From Pocillopora damicornis (lineage: Eukaryota), in NCBI RefSeq assembly GCF_003704095.1, contig NW_020845812.1:372001-436000 (forward strand): a stretch of DNA of 64,000 nucleotides, in the 5' to 3' direction. The notes beneath the pieces were generated by a model. It saw only the letters and a program-made list of their open reading frames with translations. It was not told the DNA's origin and did no database searches. A program made the translations under genes and the position numbers. Positions 13,201 through 28,155 of this stretch are shown here, piece after piece. Every line of letters begins with the position of its first letter. Positions within the stretch are counted from its first letter, which is position 1.

Positions 13201-14954
13201 AAATGGGACTAGTTATTTCTCCAATTGGTTCTTGAAGTTAGTTCTGTCAAGAACAGTGGAGCCTAATTGTGAAATGTCTGAGCCCTTTCGTGGCTAAAAG
13301 GAGCTCGCTCCAACAGTTGATCAAATTTTGTCATACAGCTTCGCAAATTTAATCCAGAAGCGTTATTCTGAAATGTCTCGAGTCAAATTTATTTAAGTTT
13401 GTTCCAACAATTGATAAACTTTTATTTCTCAAAAAGCTTCTCGAAGTTAGTTTAATCAAGAAACCTAGAGTCTTATGTCTTGGATATGCGGCTATCATCA
13501 AAGTCATCACTGATTCAGTCAAAAGTAGGAAATTTAGCAGCTTCTTTAGCCTGATCCCTGTGTTACATTCGAAAACTGGCGGCCTGAAAGGTCTTTTACT
13601 CAATGAAAATATCATGGCAAGCTCCTGGTTTCAAAAAAGGGATAGATCAGATTTAAAATCAAGAAATTCATCAAACTTTTGGAGATAAATTGAATGTTTC
13701 TGATGAGACTCTCTAAAGCTTGCCGCGATGTTCTTTCGTTAAGAACTTCCACGCGTCATCTCGTGCAAAGAATTGAAGTAAAAAAATAGGTTTAGAGAAA
13801 GACAATCAGAATCAATTTTGTAAAAAAAACGCAGCTTTTCAGGTTGTTTGAATTTTTTATAGTGAAAGAGAAATTGGCATTTACAATTTAATTTTTTTGC
13901 ACGAGATGCTGTTCAATAATCTTTTTGGCGGGAATTTTGAAGGAAGCCTTGTTAAAAATTTTGGCAAAAAAGTTGTCAGGGGAAACTCTGTGCAAACTGG
14001 TCCAAATTTTCCCGCCAAAAGTCTTTTTGATTCTTAAACAGCCCTTAAAATGAATTGAACCGACAAAAATCACGAAATAGAAACTTCACAGTCTTCGTTT
14101 TTGGTGATTTGATCATTTAGCTCCGACACGGAATGTCGTTGAAAAAAATGCGCTACATCTGTTTTGTACCTCTTAATAAAACTTGAATTTCTCCTGGATC
14201 ACCATCTCTCTTGTTTGATTTGTGCTTGAAGCATCGGTAATATTCACCTGTAGTCTGCAAGAAAGTGAAAATAAACCATTAATCAACAAATACAATATAT
14301 TTTTCAGAATACGTTTCTTTCCCAAGCGATGGCAAGTCGATTGTTAGTTTCACACAGAAACATGTATTCCGTTATGTTACAAATTAAGTATTAATCGGTA
14401 TTCAAATCTTTTTAAGTATTGTGTGAAGATACAAATAAACGTGAAAGTAACCCGGATTTAGCAATAAATTCGATACGAATCACGATCACTGGTGAATATT
14501 CTAACTGATTCGAGGAATTTTGTTGTTGTCGTCAAAATTATTTATGTTCAGGGTTTAAATTATTCCATTTTATTGATAAAGTCAAGCAGTAAACCTATGT
14601 AGTCGCCAGCCATTCCTCTGAGACGAAGAACGAACTTACGAGTAATAATTGAATAACTTTAAGTTTCTGATTGTTTAAATGATATTTCTAATCATTTCAA
14701 GTTCAATTTCAGACGAAATTCTGTGCACTTGTTTAAAAACTCGACGGGAAAGCCAAAAAAAAGCAACACACAACCAGAATATTCACAGGTTTTTGTTTGC
14801 ACCGAAGCCCGATGAAACAAGAAATGAAAGCATGTAACTAGCACCCTGAGGCGTGTAAATAAAATCTGAAATTCGTGAAGATTCGTGTAAACTTGTGTAA
14901 ATTCGTGGAAGTCGGTGTATACTAGCACTTGAATAACAATAAGAAATGAATATG

Positions 14955-15054
14955 NNNNNNNNNNNNNNNNNNNNNNNNNNNNNNNNNNNNNNNNNNNNNN
15001 NNNNNNNNNNNNNNNNNNNNNNNNNNNNNNNNNNNNNNNNNNNNNNNNNNNNNN
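14955..15054. other. Assembly gap (100 N)
   Basis: Run of N flanked by short degenerate tandem repeats (about 14860-14920 and 15060-15210). Confidence 0.99.
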
Positions 15055-16509
15055 TAATAGCCTTTACAGCTAACGGTTAAAATTGTAGTTTGACACTTTG
15101 GAAGATTAAACATGCTAGGATAGAAAAAAATACTGTTTTTTCTTACGATTAACGGTTAAAATTTGTCAATTTTTACGCCTGACGCTTTCGCCGTTTTACG
15201 GCTAGCGGACAACCCCATTAAGAGCTTCTTAAACAAAACTTTAGTTTATGTCTTAACACTATGAACTTAATAAGTGTACATGGTATGGGAAACGAAAAAA
15301 CAAATGAAAAGCGAAATAAGGAAAGAAGCCATAACAACAAAGAACGAATTTCTCGCGATGCTGTGAAAATAATGTTAAAGAAATGTCATGGCGGCTGCCA
15401 TTTAGCACTCGTCTTACATTGTGTAATTTGCAATATGCTCTCCCTTCATACATTCGACTCTGAATATTGTTTTTACAAGGGAAATCACAAAATCACGAGC
15501 AATATATTTCTACCCGAAAGGTATCTTTACGCAGGTTATTTACCTGAAGAAAAGGCGTGACAAACTTAACCAAGAATCCAGTCGACGTCGTATCTTAGCC
15601 ACTCGTTTCAGCAGAAGAAACACTACGCGACTTTGGCAGACCTGACGATATTCAGGGTTTTTGGAAAGAAATAATGTGCTTCTTGAATTCCCCAAAAGCT
15701 GGAAAGAGACGTTGAAATTTCTTGTAATTCGTAAGCTCTTCCACGTGCAAGACTGAGCGCAAATATGAATATTAATAAAAAAATATTTGAAATTCAGATG
15801 AGTCTTCTGTTACGCTCGGGGTATAAGGTTGAGAACAGTTGTCTTTTCCTATTATTCCTCTAACAATGCCGTTCATTCTATTTTGAATAATTCCATCATT
15901 ACATTATCATTACTATTCGCCCAATTTGCACCTACTTTTCCCGCACTTTCCCTGCACTTTACCCATACTTTACTCGCACATTCCCCGCAGTTTTCTCGCA
16001 CTGATCTTACACCATTGCTGTAATTTTGCCACACTCTAAACGCACTTTGAACGCACCGGAATGTTTTTGACTTTCTGGAATGATTGTGGAATCAACACCA
16101 TTAGACACATCTGGAAGAACTAATATTATTTTTTATTAAACTAGATCCAAAGAAAACAAAAATATCTTTGTCTAAAAAATTATCTCAACATAATTCTACA
16201 ACAAAACTCAATATCTACAATAAATTTTGAATATACTTTTATGCTACTAATATCAATCTGATTAAAATTTTGTTTAATTTATTCCCTGACACTAATTAAA
16301 TTAGAATTTTATATTTTTAGATTAAGCTAAAACTTCATTATAAATCAAATCACTCCAAAAGGTAAAACCATCAAAAGTATAAAAAAATGAAGAAACTTTT
16401 GAAGTTTCTCACAAAACTACCAATCAAATACCTATCTAAGATACTTTAATTTGTTTAATCTATGACGCATGCATGTTTTTTTCTGTTTTGTTTCTTTTTT
16501 TTTTATCAC

Positions 16510-19500
16510 TCAAACTTTCCTTTTGGCCTGCAAAGTTCTTAGTTTTTTCAGATTTTCTTCTGTAAGCTGGTCTCCTGGTCTCAGCTTCAGAGCTCTGGTG
16601 TAACTTATCTCAGCTTCCTTGAGTTTACCTTGGAGGTGCAACATAGCTCCAAGATTCATATGTGCCACTGGATTCTGAGGGAAGAATATTGTAAAAAGTA
16701 AGGTATCTTTTTTATTCAGAAACCATAACTGAGCATTAGACTATAGTATTGAAGTATTCTGCTGTTGTGAATCTCTTAAACACAATTTATTTGATGATTG
16801 ATTGGGAACTGACTTGCAAAAATTGCAAGGGAAAATTGCAGATTTGTATTCCAAATAGACTGAAATATTTACTAGATGTGTCCCACCTGTGGTTTCAACT
16901 TGACTGCCTTCTTGTAGCAACTCTCTGCCCTTTCATAGTCTCCAATTTCCCTACAAACAAAACAATATTTGAAGATGATGAGCACCTGCACATTGAAATG
17001 ATTATGCTTTCTTGCAGAAAGGAATTCAGTAGAATCAAAGTAATATCACTTTGTAAAGTACCTGAGATAGCCTGCAGCAGTAAATGCAATATCAAAGTCA
17101 TTGGGGGCTAATTCCATGGCTTTAGTGAACATTGTAGCTGCCTCAGTCACTCGCCTTTGATCAAACAAAAACTGCCCTGAGAGAAAAATTAAATCAGAAG
17201 CATAATTATCTTATCCTTTCAGTTCTCACAAACAGCATTTTTTTCTGGGCTAACCTGTCCCTGAGTCTTCACCCAAATTTATAAAGAATGATTTAAAAAA
17301 TAAAAGATCTTTCCTGTAAGCTGCTAAACATACCATAATGTGTCCAAGAAGCGTGATCTGATTTATTCAAAACTTGTGCTTTCTTGAACCAATGTTCAGC
17401 TTCATGAAAGTTTCCCTGAAAACAACCAGTAAGAAAAGCAAAATGTATGTGACCAATTTTATTTTTACCAGTAAATCTAAACTGCCTCAAGTGGACATGG
17501 TTTAGTTGATTGGACATTCAACGTTGCACTTACCATTTTAGCAAGATGTTTAGCATAGGTAAGGTGAACAGACAAGTGATCTGGTTTACTCTTTAGTGAT
17601 TCCTTGTACCATTTCTCAGCTTCTGCATTTTTCCCAGTTGCAGAGTATGCTTCCCCTAGAATAGAAAATTCAATTTAACTAAAGTTTGGTTCACACTTGA
17701 TGACTGTGTTGGAGGTTCCCCAAATTGAATAAACTGTAACAGAAGTCAAATTTTAAACTCTCTGTTAATGATTAAACTGACAGTGTATGTCCCATACTTA
17801 TCAATTTTTTTCAGCAAATACCCCACCCCACCCCCCTCTGTTTCTTTGTATTGACCATCTTACCTTAATTTGAAGAATAATTTGAAACAAGAACAAATTT
17901 AAATACCCATCATTCATTAAAAAACCCTTTTATTCACATAATATGGCACAAAACACCTTCAAAACTGTCATCATAAATTGGTTCAACCAAGTTTTCTTCT
18001 AATGGCTATTCATCATTGCACTCTTAAGCCACTTACCTATCAAGTTGAACAAACTGTGAGGCTCATAATGAGCTGGCATGGTTTTCATTGCCTCAAGGTA
18101 AACTTTAAGGGCTTCCTGTCAAAAATTGTTAAAAAAATCTCAAATTATGATAACCATTCAGAAGACCTCTTTAAATCAAAATCACTATGAGCCAAGAAAG
18201 TGCTACAAACCTTTGGTTTTCCAAGTTGAGCCAAGATGCGCCCAAGATTATACTTTATTGATGTAACTGTGTTGGGTAGAAAGCAAATGAGCCAGTTGCA
18301 CTATATTCATATGATACACTCAATGGATCACAGTTGCTTCAATGTTTAGTACTTACTTGAATGACTGTGCTGTTTGGGATCCTTTAACCCATGACCACTT
18401 ATGGTTGAAGCATTCTTCAGAATCTAAGTAGGAAAGATTAAGTTAGGTATCTTTACTTGATAAAAAGATAGTTAGAGGGTTTGCTGATACCAGAAACATG
18501 CATGAGAAGAAAGTTTGCCAACACATAATTAATTTTTACTGAGTTAAACACTACTGAAAACCTTCCCACCTTAACAGCTTCCTCCTTATGTCCCAAGTCA
18601 GCCAGCAAAATACCCAAATTCAGATGGGCAGCTTTGAGGAAACAACATGAACAATTAAAGTATTTTCCTTAAAATACCTAGCAGTAATGTTGATTGCTTC
18701 AAAGATCTTCAATAATTTTAAGTAAAGATTTAATAACTTAAAAGGACCTCATTGAGTTAGAAAATTTATTGAAGACTTTAAAAAAACTCTCAAATGCTCA
18801 CGAATTGACGTTAACTGAAATATCAATTCATGTATACTGTATGAAGGGGGTAGAGTTTAACAAGGTAATTCAGTATTATCAACTGAGTTGATAACAAAGT
18901 TGGCCACTGTAAAGAGTTTAAAAGCTGACACTTTAAGTGTTAGCCCCTTGTCAGAGCTTTTAAACTCTTAATGGTGGCCATTTTACATTTATCAACTCAG
19001 TTGATAATACTAAATTACCATGTATACTGAATGTATATGACTTGCCAGTGTATATGACTTGCCTAAAGCATATTATCTATGGGGGAGAGTATGGCTGTAA
19101 GAAGAGGGACTTGTTTGTAAAATGTTTAACTGACAGTTGGTCAGGAAAATTTAATTTGTGTTTGCCTGGGAAAAGTCAGGGAAAAGTTAGGGAATAAAGA
19201 ATAATTAATACTAATAAATTCAGGGAAAGTCAGGGAATAAATAATAATAATTTCATAACTAATGACTGTGCAAGGCAACTATGTCTAGAGTATCTTACCA
19301 GCTAGTCTTGGCCTGTAGTGGATGGCATTTTCATAGCTTTTAATTGCTTCATTGTACTGCTGTCGTTCAGCTAAAAGGATACCCCTATAACAAAAAGGAA
19401 AACAAACAAAACAAAACAAAACAAACCAAAGATTTCCTAACTAAGATAGAGTGAACATGATAAGGTTGGGTGGTCTTACATTTCAAATCAAGCACAGAAA

Positions 19501-22500
19501 TTTTTTTTCTTGTATATGTACAATTATAGTACTTAACAATAAATGATGGGAAAACTTCATTTCCTAATCCGTGCTTCAGTCCCATCTGATTCAAATGTAC
19601 AGGAAATCACCTTAAGGTTAGTCAAACATCCAGATACTTACAAATTGTAGTGAGTGTCAGCCATGTTGGTACGGTATGTCAGAGCCTTTCTGTAAGCATC
19701 TTCAGCTTCTCTAGTTCTTCCTTGTGAGCTCAGCACATTCCCCAGGTTTGACCAAGCTGGTTATGAAGTATCAGAAAGTGTTAAAATAAAAGAGCATGTG
19801 GAAATGAAAGACAGGATGAGTTGGTCACATAAAAAAGAAAATGAAAACAACTACAACTTACAATAACATACACAAACTGAAACGTGTGCATAAGTCTATT
19901 TTTCGGGATGGGGGTAGGATGAGAGGACAGACGAGAGATGGGGACATTTATACCCTTCTTTGCCTCAGGTTTTAGCCCTTTCCAAAAGGAAAAGAAAGAA
20001 GCAATTTCTTTGTCCTTTGACTAGGAGAGAGTTAACTGTAAGAAGAGACCATACAAACAACATGGAAATAAAGATAAAGTATCTTAAGTCTGGGGATTGA
20101 AGTGAAAAAAGAAAACATCCCTAGCCAGCAATAAAAAGATCGCAAGATGAGCCTTTGCTGGAAATTAATACTCAAATTTGTTCTCCTTCTTTGTTATCCA
20201 CTGATATAAAATTAAAGGGTCATACTCAAGCAAAATAATTGTTTACCTTTTGCAGGGTTGACAGTGATTCCTGATCTGTTGAGCATTAAATTAAATAACA
20301 ATTTTAAATTTTATCGCTAGTAATATGTTGTGATTGGTCAATGAAGCAGAACTAGTGAATATTCCTATTTCTCCTCAACACTTATCTTTAGTAGAGACGG
20401 AAGAAGCACTTTGCAGGAAACAGGTGACAAATCTTTTTTGGCATGGTACATATGGAATGCTGGTTGCACAGTAGTCGAATTAGGATGTTGTCATTCACCC
20501 TTTACAACCAAGTTGATGAAAAGTGACAGTGACACATCCTGAGGTTGATTCTGTCTGGTAGTTTACTAAACTTACAAGGACATGACCTAACATGTGCAAA
20601 TGTCAATTACCTGTACAGTGCTTCTTCATTTTGCCAATCCCAATTCCTCTCCACAGTTCTCGCCACAGATAAAATCAATACACAGACCAAGGACCCACAA
20701 AACAGTCTCATCTGTTGCTCATTGCAAGCTCTACAAATTATGTCTGCTCCCACAGCAATCAGCAAACAAAATCCAACACTTGGAATGTAGAGTATTCTTT
20801 CTGCCACCACAAAACCAACATAGAAAAATAGGTTACTAGCTGGAAGGAAAGAAAGTGTTAAGATTGCAAGTGAAATGAGTGTTGTTTCAATCCAACAAGT
20901 CTTGTTGGTGATGTTAAATTCTCTGACTGGTAAATTATTGTTGCTGTGCTTTGGATTAGAACGAGTACCATTTGAATGCTTGGCATAGTCTGTAGACTTC
21001 TTCACAGGTTTTTTCCCATTTTTTTCAGCTACATCTTTTCTTTGCTTTACATTATGGTCCACTTGTGAAGTTATGTCTTTGACAGGTTCCTCTAGATTTA
21101 GGTGAAATACCAAGCTTGTTAAACAGTAGAATCCCAAGAAGGCCAGAGTTCCATAAAACACCACTATCACTCCACAGCGTGGGTCCAGCAAAGATTCTAT
21201 CAGAGGTATAGAATCCATTGACCAATCAAAACTCAATGTTTTAGGAGACAACAGAAGCCAGAAATTAAATGCAGGCAAAAACAAGAAAGTTAACAGCCTG
21301 GTCTGCCTGCTATCACAGTTTGCTGCAGGATTATCAGATGGTGAAAAATCCGGTGGTTGACTCCCCATTATGTAGATTCTCAGAAGCAACAGCCCAAGTC
21401 CTGTGGTGACAACCAAAAATAAGCGGAAGGCATAATCATTTTTAACAGCCTGGAAAAACAATGAAAAGATATGTCAGGGCTCAAAATAGCAATAAATTAC
21501 ACCATAGAAGACAGAGTTCCTTGTTAACAGTACTGATCAAGGAACCAAAATTTTACATTAACTCCTAGTCCAAGCTACAGGTGCAGTATGTTACTTTATC
21601 TCTGTCTAGTAAGATAAGCTGTGCTGCAATTATTGCAGTTAGCTATAGTCTGGTGGACTATGAATTTATAATGGTTTAGGTTTATTAGCCAGAACTGCCT
21701 ACATTGCCTCTGTTTGGCACTTTTCTCTTACAACAGTTACACTCCAGCCCTAGAGTATGAAATGGGTGATGAAATTACCAATGACTCTAGAAAGGGTGAG
21801 CATTCTATACTGCATGAAAACTTGAAAACTGGAAAGGCTCATTTTATTATATACCAAAGAACAAGAGGAGGCCTAAAGGTAATTACAAGGAGTCCCAATC
21901 ACAAGTCGTTGAGTCTTGATGGCATCATTGTGTTGTGTTAAGAGAAAAGAAACTTTGCACTAAGAATAATGTCTCTTCCTCCCAAATTTGAATATGAGGT
22001 TACCAGAAATATAAATTTATGTAGCATCCTGCTGAGGTGGTGAAGCATTTCCTCAAAGTGCATTGTGCAAATAAAACCTTGTAAATATCTTGGGTAAAAT
22101 TTCCACACAGCCCCATACTTCATTATGCATTCAGTTCTTGAATAGAGAAAACAATGACTAAAACAATACATTGCCATTGGGAAAACAGATTTGTTTTACA
22201 ATAGTATGGGGCTGTGCGGAAATTTTACCATATCTTGCAGCAGAAAACCAAGCAGGCTTGTACAACAGAATCTTTATTACAGAGTACATACCATTGATAT
22301 GGTTGCAAAAATAGTCTGATTCTTGACACAGCTTAACAGCACCATAACTTCATACACAGCACAAACTCCTAACACAGTGATGCCTTGTTCCTTGCTTAAC
22401 ATGCTTGCTGTACACAGCAGAAGACAGAATATCAACCACAGCCATTGAGTACGAACCTCCCTGAACTGAGAACTGTTCATAGTTAACTTGTAAGACTTGA

Positions 22501-23403
22501 TATACGCCAAAAATGATGCAATGAAAAACAAGCATGCTTCAACATCAGCTCGTCCTACAATTCCAGTGACAGCCTCTGACAAGAACAGAAAAAAGATATT
22601 TTCTCAAAATACTGAAAGAATATTTATGTATTCAAATAGGCTAACAATATTTATAACAAATTTGAGAACTTAACATTTCATCAATTAAATTTATAGTGCA
22701 TTATTTGTAAACCCAATTGAATACTTTTGCTTAACATTCCAGAGCAACAACAAGAATGTGATTCACATTTACTTTAGACTACTGGTTACTAAATAATGTC
22801 TAGAACATCGTTAATCCAACATAAATTTTAGAATAAATTATTCCATAACCTTAAGCCTCATAAAAACTATTTTTATCACTTTTGCAGCCAACAGCAATCA
22901 GTAAACAAACTTTCTTTATCATTATTTGCATATTCTGTTGGGCCAGACATAACTGCATATATTAAATATAATTATTATTATTATTATGGGAAGTAAATTA
23001 GTAAATTTGAGAGTGAGATGGTTAAAGTAAAATGGTAACCCTCCCATGAAATAAAATTTACAAACCAGATGTTATTTCAGGCTTACCGGTATGGATAGGA
23101 TGTATGGCAAAAAGAAGCCCAGCCACTAAACATGGAAAGTGAGCAGGGAGAAAAACATATGACAAAGTCACAACTAGCCAACACACTGCACTGTGCAGAA
23201 AGACATTCACAAGATGGTATCCAAATGGATTCAATTCACCAAAGAAGTAGTTGATCCTGAATGTTGCAACACACAAAGGTCTGTAAGACTTGTGGCTTCC
23301 ACTATGCATGAGAGGGGTCCCCCAAAAATCATTAAACAAGACATTACTCCATGGAGTTGAAGGTAGCAGATCAGAATTCTTTAAAATGGCTCGGCTAGCA
23401 TTG

Positions 23404-23438
<35 letters not shown>

Positions 23439-25379
23439 AGAACAATGACAGTGATTAATTGACAACAGAATTCATTTTGTTCTCTATTAATATTTAAACA
23501 CAGTGCTCACCAACTGCTGGTAGTAACTAGACAGCAGAGCCTTACTGTCTGGAACTCAATTAACTTGAACTCCCTACAAATTAGAACAAGATCCGATTTC
23601 CCTTGGATTTGATGCCATTTTTTGTCATTTTCTATCAGCTACCTTGAACTTGGTTAACTCAAACTCCCTGTTAACTCTAGCTCATTTTACTTTCCCTCCA
23701 CACAAATTTATTTTGATAACTAGAACTGTAACTAAAAGTGTTGGCCAATAAGTGTCACAACACAGCTGAATGACAAGTCCCAATCTTTACTCACCATTGG
23801 AACAAGAGTGATGACATTTATGAAAATGCAATACATTTAGGTAAACTTCCTAAACTAAACTTGCTCCTCAAAAACCTGTTAAAAAACAAACTAAATGCTC
23901 ACAAACGACTGTCGATAATGCAAGAATGATAAAAATATCAACATCTTATTAATTTTTAACAGGACAATTGAGATTCAGCATCAATCCTGAGAGCCTGAAC
24001 TCCTACAAGCTCAAACCATTTTTCATTTCCCTTATTTTTGGGTTTCCCTGGATTCTACAGTAGTTATTGTAGTACTTTGGCACTTGAGAATTTTAAATGT
24101 TTCTTCCACTATAATGATAACTTCTCTTTTTCGCCTAAAACTGAAGTCGCCAAAGTTTGAATCTCCCACTCCACATCAAAGCTCAAAAAAACTTGATACT
24201 GATGCTTCCTGGGAAACTTTTAAATCATTCCCCCCCCCAAAAAAAAAAAACCTATTTAGGTGGAAATTTTGAGGGGTCTGTCTTTGAAGAAGTGTTTTCA
24301 TTGCTTTTGGTGTTGCTTTATAAATGATTGAGAAGTCTTGGCTTAGTGAATTCCTTGTAAGAGATTTTTAAAACGAAAATATATTAACTACATATATTGG
24401 TTTAAAATTCTCTTGTTCAGCATGGTCATATTTACTAGTAGGTCAAAGTGAAAGCCAAAACGAGCGGATACAGTAAAAGCAATAATAACTGAAATGGTTT
24501 TCGCAATTAAAGATTTTAAAAGGTTCAGAGTTTCCAACCAACGATGACAATGAAAATTTATGAATAAGATATGAGAAGCTCCAACTGAGAATATTTCATA
24601 GCCAAAAGAATGCCAAACGACGTTTGAAAACCTCGAATTTCAAGTTATCAAGATGTTAATGGCTTTCTCTAGGATAATGTTTTTCCGATCGTTGGAGATT
24701 TGAGTTTTTGTACACTGAAGTTTGCTGAAATATTGCATACAATCGTTTTATCGATTGCCTTTGTTAAAAAAATTCACCACTGTAAACAGGAGAAAAACAA
24801 TAAACGTAAGTAATGCAGGTGGCTGTCAAAAACTCTGGAGGTTCGCCAGTTTTAGATGTTTCCCTGCTAAATTTACCGAAATCGATCAGAAGAGTGTTTC
24901 ATCGCGAAGAAAAACCCAATGAATTTTTCTAAATTCGTGGTTATTTGTTAAATCAGGAGTTTGGATTTAAGCTCAACTACTTGATCCTTAGGTCGTCCGC
25001 GAGAGTTAAAAATAAACCGAAGCACCCGCAAACGATCAAAGAGATGCAGATAATGCAAATTCTGAATTTTTATGGCACGAAACATTCTTCAAAGGGTGAT
25101 AAAAAGACCCAAAAGAATCGGTATCATTTGCCTAGAAATTGTAAAGATTCGATCGGCAGTATTGTCGGTCACTTAAATGTTAATGCTTTAATAAAAAGCA
25201 ATTGAATTCTGTGAACCTCAAAATTCCACCAGTCACCTCAAAATCGTTCCAGATTAATCACAAATTAGTCTTACACGCACTTACCTGTCATCGTACACGA
25301 AATCTGCCGACAAAGAATTCCAATAACATAAAAGCCCAGCTATAGAGGAAGTTGCTGCTGTATACCACCACTTCCACAT
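16510..25379 (-). CDS. TMTC2: Protein O-mannosyltransferase TMTC2, about 16 exons: 25379-25285, 23394-23087, 22575-22292, 21449-20611, 20275-20247, then TPR exons at about 19758-19643, 19385-19299, 18632-18570, 18424-18357, 18274-18211, 18116-18037, 17655-17534, 17416-17333, 17177-17061, 16950-16887, 16675-16510
   Basis: Spliced product ...[53 protein letters not shown]...HPIHTEAVTGIVGRADV...SKEQG...DNPAA...LSFDWSMDSIPLI...FLPASNLFFYVGFVVAERILYIPSVG...NPAKAWSNLGNVL, then TPRs ending ...TEENLKKLRTLQAKRKV*. The N-terminus fits TMTC2 best among TMTC1-4. TPR exon edges are approximate. Confidence 0.93.
18864..19019. mobile_element. Palindromic (tail-to-tail) copy of the Penelope-like repeat in a TMTC2 intron
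   Basis: Arms GGTAATTCAGTATTATCAACTGAGTTGATAA...AAGAGTTTAAAAGC and GCTTTAAACTCTT...TTATCAACTCAGTTGATAATACTAAATTACC are reverse complements around a decayed hammerhead motif. Confidence 0.75.
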
Positions 25380-26663
25380 CTTAATCTACATTCCGTGGGG
25401 AATCGACGGCTAGACAAAGCCACCTGCATTCAAACCTTTCTGAACTCCCGCCATCCGCCATGTTTATTATAAACCTTTGTAACCAGGCCAATGTGAAGCA
25501 GCTGATTGCGATGCTTCTGACAGCGGAGTACGAAATACAAAAATAAACTGAATTTTCTACCTTGGCTTTTAATAAATCGACCATAACATGCAAGGATTAA
25601 GCTTAGACTCATACAAATATGTATATTTCTCTGTTTTAAATTAAGAAATCTATACCGAGCCAGTTTTTAAATACAAACATCTTTAGGTCCTTCTGCGACT
25701 GTCATCTCGTGCTAGATGAAATAATTGTGCTTGAATTAATTTCAAGACGAGTTGGTGAAGTAAATCTCTCGGTGCCAATACACTTAACCATTGCAATGCA
25801 ATAAAAAACCTAAAGAGGAAACTTTACTCCTAAAAACATAAGCATACATACATTCAATCTCCCAAAGTCTGAGAGCTTCTTAGTTCGCGTCGTTGGTGGT
25901 CTTTGTCACGCGAACATGGGGGTTTCCGGTTTCTCAGCTTGATAATCAGCTCCACTGAGCAATAAAGCGAAGCTTTAAGACAGGCTTTAATTGTTTATAC
26001 CGCAAAAATGAAATATAAATTACACCAAAATCCAGGTGTCAAGGTCTCCTATACAACTTTTTATCAAACAAAAACAGTGTATTCCTGAATAAACAACTCA
26101 TCTGTCAAACTCTGGCGGTTAAAGTGGTTTTCTTTGTTAAAAATAAGATACTTAAGCCTCAGTTTCTCTGCTGAAAAACAAGTTCGAATTCGCACCAAAA
26201 CCAAGTCTTTTGTATAAAAAGCTTCGTACCCTCCTACGATTACATTATTTCGCCTAATATTTTACTCGTAGCCCACTAAAACTCAACCAGAAAACAGGTA
26301 GAGGGAATCATGTATTTTTAAATTCTTTCCGCTGTCAATATTGGCAATTCAAGGAGCATGACGTTAACGACGGGCTCGAGAAAAAAACGAGGAAAAAGCT
26401 TTAATGGAAATAATAAAACAAACAAAAAACGGCACTGATATCGCTTTCAAAATTGAAACTGCATGAAGACGCCTCGCCAGAAACAATTTTATAACTGGCG
26501 GGAACAGCTAAAACGGGTTCGGGTAAAATTGTGAGGTTTTGTGAGAATAACAGAGAACAGAAATACTTTTACCATTTCATTAAATGAGGGATCAATCTAA
26601 ACTTGAAATAATATGCTTTGTTAATAGCCCAGGATTTTATAATTTGATGAAATTGCTCGCTTC

Positions 26664-26893
26664 CTAAATCCAAGAGTGTGAAGGTTGCTTAAGGTGTCTT
26701 AGTCGTCAGTGGTGGGCGTAAGTAAAGGTATCAGCCTTATCCTCACTTAATCTCTAGTTTCCCGCTAACTGCTGGGCTCACTAAATCCAAGGGCGTGAAG
26801 ATTGGTTCAGGTATGTTGGTCATAATGGGCGTTCTTAAAGGTATTAGCTTTATCCTCACATAATTTCTAATTTCCCGCTAACTGCAGGACTCA
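26664..26893. repeat. Diverged tandem duplication, period 117 bp
   Basis: CTAAATCCAAG..GTGAAG...AAAGGTAT.AGC.TTATCCTCAC...TTTCCCGCTAACTGC.GG.CTCA starts at both 26664 and 26781. Confidence 0.8.
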
Positions 26894-28155
26894 TAAGGTG
26901 GAGTTGGTCTTCTAGAATCGTATGACAGGACCCAGATAGGTTGGAAACAAATGAAACGCTTCCCACCCCCTTCGTGAGTAATATCCAAAAAGTCCAATGT
27001 GTAAATTTTTCCTTTACGATCACTTTGTTAAAGGGTGAAAATACTGTGACGTACTCTTCCCAAGGTTCCATGGGATCGTCCCTTTAGCCATATCCCCAGC
27101 AAGTGGTCTTTCTATCCCATCCCTGACAAAAAGAAAAATGAACTCCAAGCTGTCATTCAATTTAAAATTGTCGTCACGTGTCTAGCTGTGGAAATTAAGT
27201 GATTGGTAGAGAACAACTTCAGCATTGTTTTCCGATCCGATTGGTAAAACTCTAAATATAATCGTCAACATAAAACATGTAGAAAGAGAGATTCGCGCTG
27301 TCGTTACTTCCTGATAGGTATGATTATTAGTCTAAGCTTGCGTTGGGAATAAACTTGAATAAATCGCTTGTCTTCAAATCTGCTGCAATAATTTGGAACG
27401 AAACGTGCTATACTACGCACAGATTTTGTTTTCTCATTCTGCATTCTGCATTGCGGGGGGGGGGCGGCTTATTTGAGAACTTTTGGGAAAAACTGTCGGA
27501 AAAATAACACGAGACTCAAGCTGAATAAACAGGTGAAGGTGTAAACTAATTACTTTTCACGCCATAGAGTGCTTGTTCTCAAAGGAGTTTTGTAAACACC
27601 GCATATAAACACTACATTTAACGACAGAACCTGTCCATCGATATTTCTGGATTCGAAAGGAGTTAAATGCATAAAATATGTCAATTAACCGCTTGCTATC
27701 TGGATCGCATTTGAAATAAGTAACCAAAACAAATTGGCCAATTGGAAGTTGGGTGTTGGATGTAAATCGAACCTCTACACAAATATACTTATGCACGATG
27801 GCTTCAACTTAGAGGAGTTCAGTGAAAAAGAGCTTTAGTTTGCTATTAAGAATGGAGTCCAAAGTAACTGAAAGGAGAAACCGAGGTTATGCAATTTAAT
27901 TTATGTTTGGGTGCAGGAATCATGCAGCTTCATGCACGTTATCAATTTTTCCCAAATCGTTAGCACTAATGAGAGTTTTTCCCGTTAAGTATCAAAGATC
28001 GATTTTGCGACGACTTTCGAAGGATTGCTGTCCCAGATCTCTTGGTTTTTGCTTTAAGTCCCTTGTTTTACCGACCACATATAAAAGAAAGAAGTTAGGA
28101 CGACTATGGGAACAAGAGGGTTGATTGAATCAGGGATGACTTTAGTCGTGCACAT

